A stretch of DNA of 64,000 nt, taken from assembly GCF_003144095.1 (NCBI RefSeq), contig NZ_NSKH01000024.1, positions 201,198-265,197 of the forward strand, in the 5' to 3' direction. This document shows positions 62,946 to 64,000 of this stretch, in pieces. The translations under genes were made by a program, and so were the position numbers. The DNA comes from Streptomyces sp. ICBB 8177. Lineage in GTDB: Bacteria > Actinomycetota > Actinomycetes > Streptomycetales > Streptomycetaceae. The notes below the pieces were generated by a model, which saw nothing but the letters and a program-made list of their open reading frames with translations, ran no database searches and was not told the origin of the DNA. Within the stretch, counting starts at the first letter, position 1, and each line of letters starts with the position of its first letter.

Positions 62946-63926
62946 ATGTCCGTAGAAGTGGGCAGTCCGAAGGAGCTTCAGTTCGACGCGCCCGCCGACA
63001 CCGGCCACGGTGTGGACACCGGCGTGGGCCCCGGCAGCGGCAACGTCGTGGACTCCGGCACCGGCCATGGCGCGGTCGCCGACACCGGCCCCGCCGTGGA
63101 CATCGGCCCCGCCGCGGACGTCGCCACCGGCGACGGTGTGGACGCGGGCGTGGACACCGGCGAGGCCATCAACACGCGCACGCTGTCCCGTTCGCTGTTC
63201 CTGCGGCTCGCCGAGCTGCCGGACCACAGCCCCGAGCGCGGCTACGTGCGCGACACCCTCATCGAGCTCAACCTCCCCCTGGTGCGCTACGCGGCCGCCC
63301 GCTTCCGCAGTCGCAACGAGCCGATGGAGGACATCGTCCAGGTCGGCACGATCGGGCTGATCAAGGCGATCGACCGGTTCGACTGCAACCGCGGGGTGGA
63401 GTTCCCGACCTTCGCGATGCCCACGGTGGTCGGCGAGATCAAGCGCTTCTTCCGTGACACCTCCTGGTCGGTGCGGGTGCCGCGCAGGCTCCAGGAACTG
63501 CGGCTGGCGCTCACCAAGACCAGCGACGAGCTGTCGCAGCGCCTCGACCGCTCCCCCACCGTCTCCGAACTCGCCGCCGCCCTCGGGGTGTCGGAGGAGG
63601 ACGTGGTGGACGGCCTCGCGGTGGGCAACGCGTACACCGCCAGCTCCCTGGACTCCCCGCCGCCGGAGGACGAGTCCAACGAGGGCTCGCTCGCGGACCG
63701 GCTGGGCTACGAGGACACCGCGCTGGAGGGCGTGGAGTACCGCGAGTCGCTCAAGCCGCTGCTGGCCCAACTCCCGCCCCGGGAACGGCGGATCATCATG
63801 CTGCGGTTCTTCGCCAACATGACGCAGTCGCAGATCGGCGAGGAGGTCGGCATCTCGCAGATGCACGTCTCCCGGCTGCTCACGCGGACGCTGGCGCAGC
63901 TGCGGGAGGGTCTGACCGCCGAGTGA
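62946..63926 (+). CDS. SigB/SigF-family sigma factor (paralog of the 61705 gene) with a repetitive Asp/Thr/Gly-rich N-terminal region
   Basis: [37 protein letters not shown]...[41 protein letters not shown]. Confidence 0.85.
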   Translation: MSVEVGSPKELQFDAPADTGHGVDTGVGPGSGNVVDSGTGHGAVADTGPAVDIGPAADVATGDGVDAGVDTGEAINTRTLSRSLFLRLAELPDHSPERGYVRDTLIELNLPLVRYAAARFRSRNEPMEDIVQVGTIGLIKAIDRFDCNRGVEFPTFAMPTVVGEIKRFFRDTSWSVRVPRRLQELRLALTKTSDELSQRLDRSPTVSELAAALGVSEEDVVDGLAVGNAYTASSLDSPPPEDESNEGSLADRLGYEDTALEGVEYRESLKPLLAQLPPRERRIIMLRFFANMTQSQIGEEVGISQMHVSRLLTRTLAQLREGLTAE

Positions 63927-64000
63927 CGGACGGGCGGGAGACGCGGACATCCGGCCGCCGGGCGCGCACCCCACCGCCCCGGCGGCCCGCGTCCCGCATG

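Overview
High-GC (about 72%) actinobacterial chromosomal segment, Streptomyces-like in gene content and synteny. Most of it is recognisable core/housekeeping: SAM-methyltransferase (partial), DUF1059, S9 peptidase, SURF1, an ECF sigma/anti-sigma pair, asd-ask, DUF5063-recR-ybaB-dnaX, an HhH-GPD repair protein, two OmpR/HK two-component systems, a MacA/MacB-type ABC efflux module, an ApbE/FMN-binding/ferric-reductase-like membrane redox module, upp, tadA, two tRNA-Ser, and two tandem SigB-family sigma factors. Specialised-metabolism and secreted content includes a two-domain geosmin (germacradienol) synthase directly beside dnaX, an S1 protease fused to FG-GAP repeats, and an S53-type protease fused to bulb-lectin repeats. 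The most interesting region is an accessory-looking patch at about 27.2-34.7 kb. It contains several decayed genes (a NUDIX gene with an in-frame TAG, an XRE regulator in at least three frames, a truncated methyltransferase). It also contains a duplicated module of a small RBS-supported Asp-Gly-rich peptide gene translationally coupled (GTGA overlap) to a protein-L-isoaspartate O-methyltransferase (PIMT) homolog: one intact copy (30007-31303) and one truncated copy (34166-34689). No lanthipeptide, lasso or ATP-grasp enzymes are present in the window. This is a candidate minimal aspartimide/isoaspartate-forming peptide-modification system of a type I do not recognise as described. Other points worth a look are a tRNA-Ser plus a partial 3'-half direct repeat 0.9 kb away (att-site remnant of a decayed integrative element), a frameshifted gene, several intergenic tandem-repeat arrays, a perfect palindrome in the GntR divergent promoter, and SigB-type promoter-like sequences upstream of the sigma genes. 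Many long Arg/Ala/Gly-rich ORFs in the six-frame track are antisense artefacts of the high GC content and were not called.
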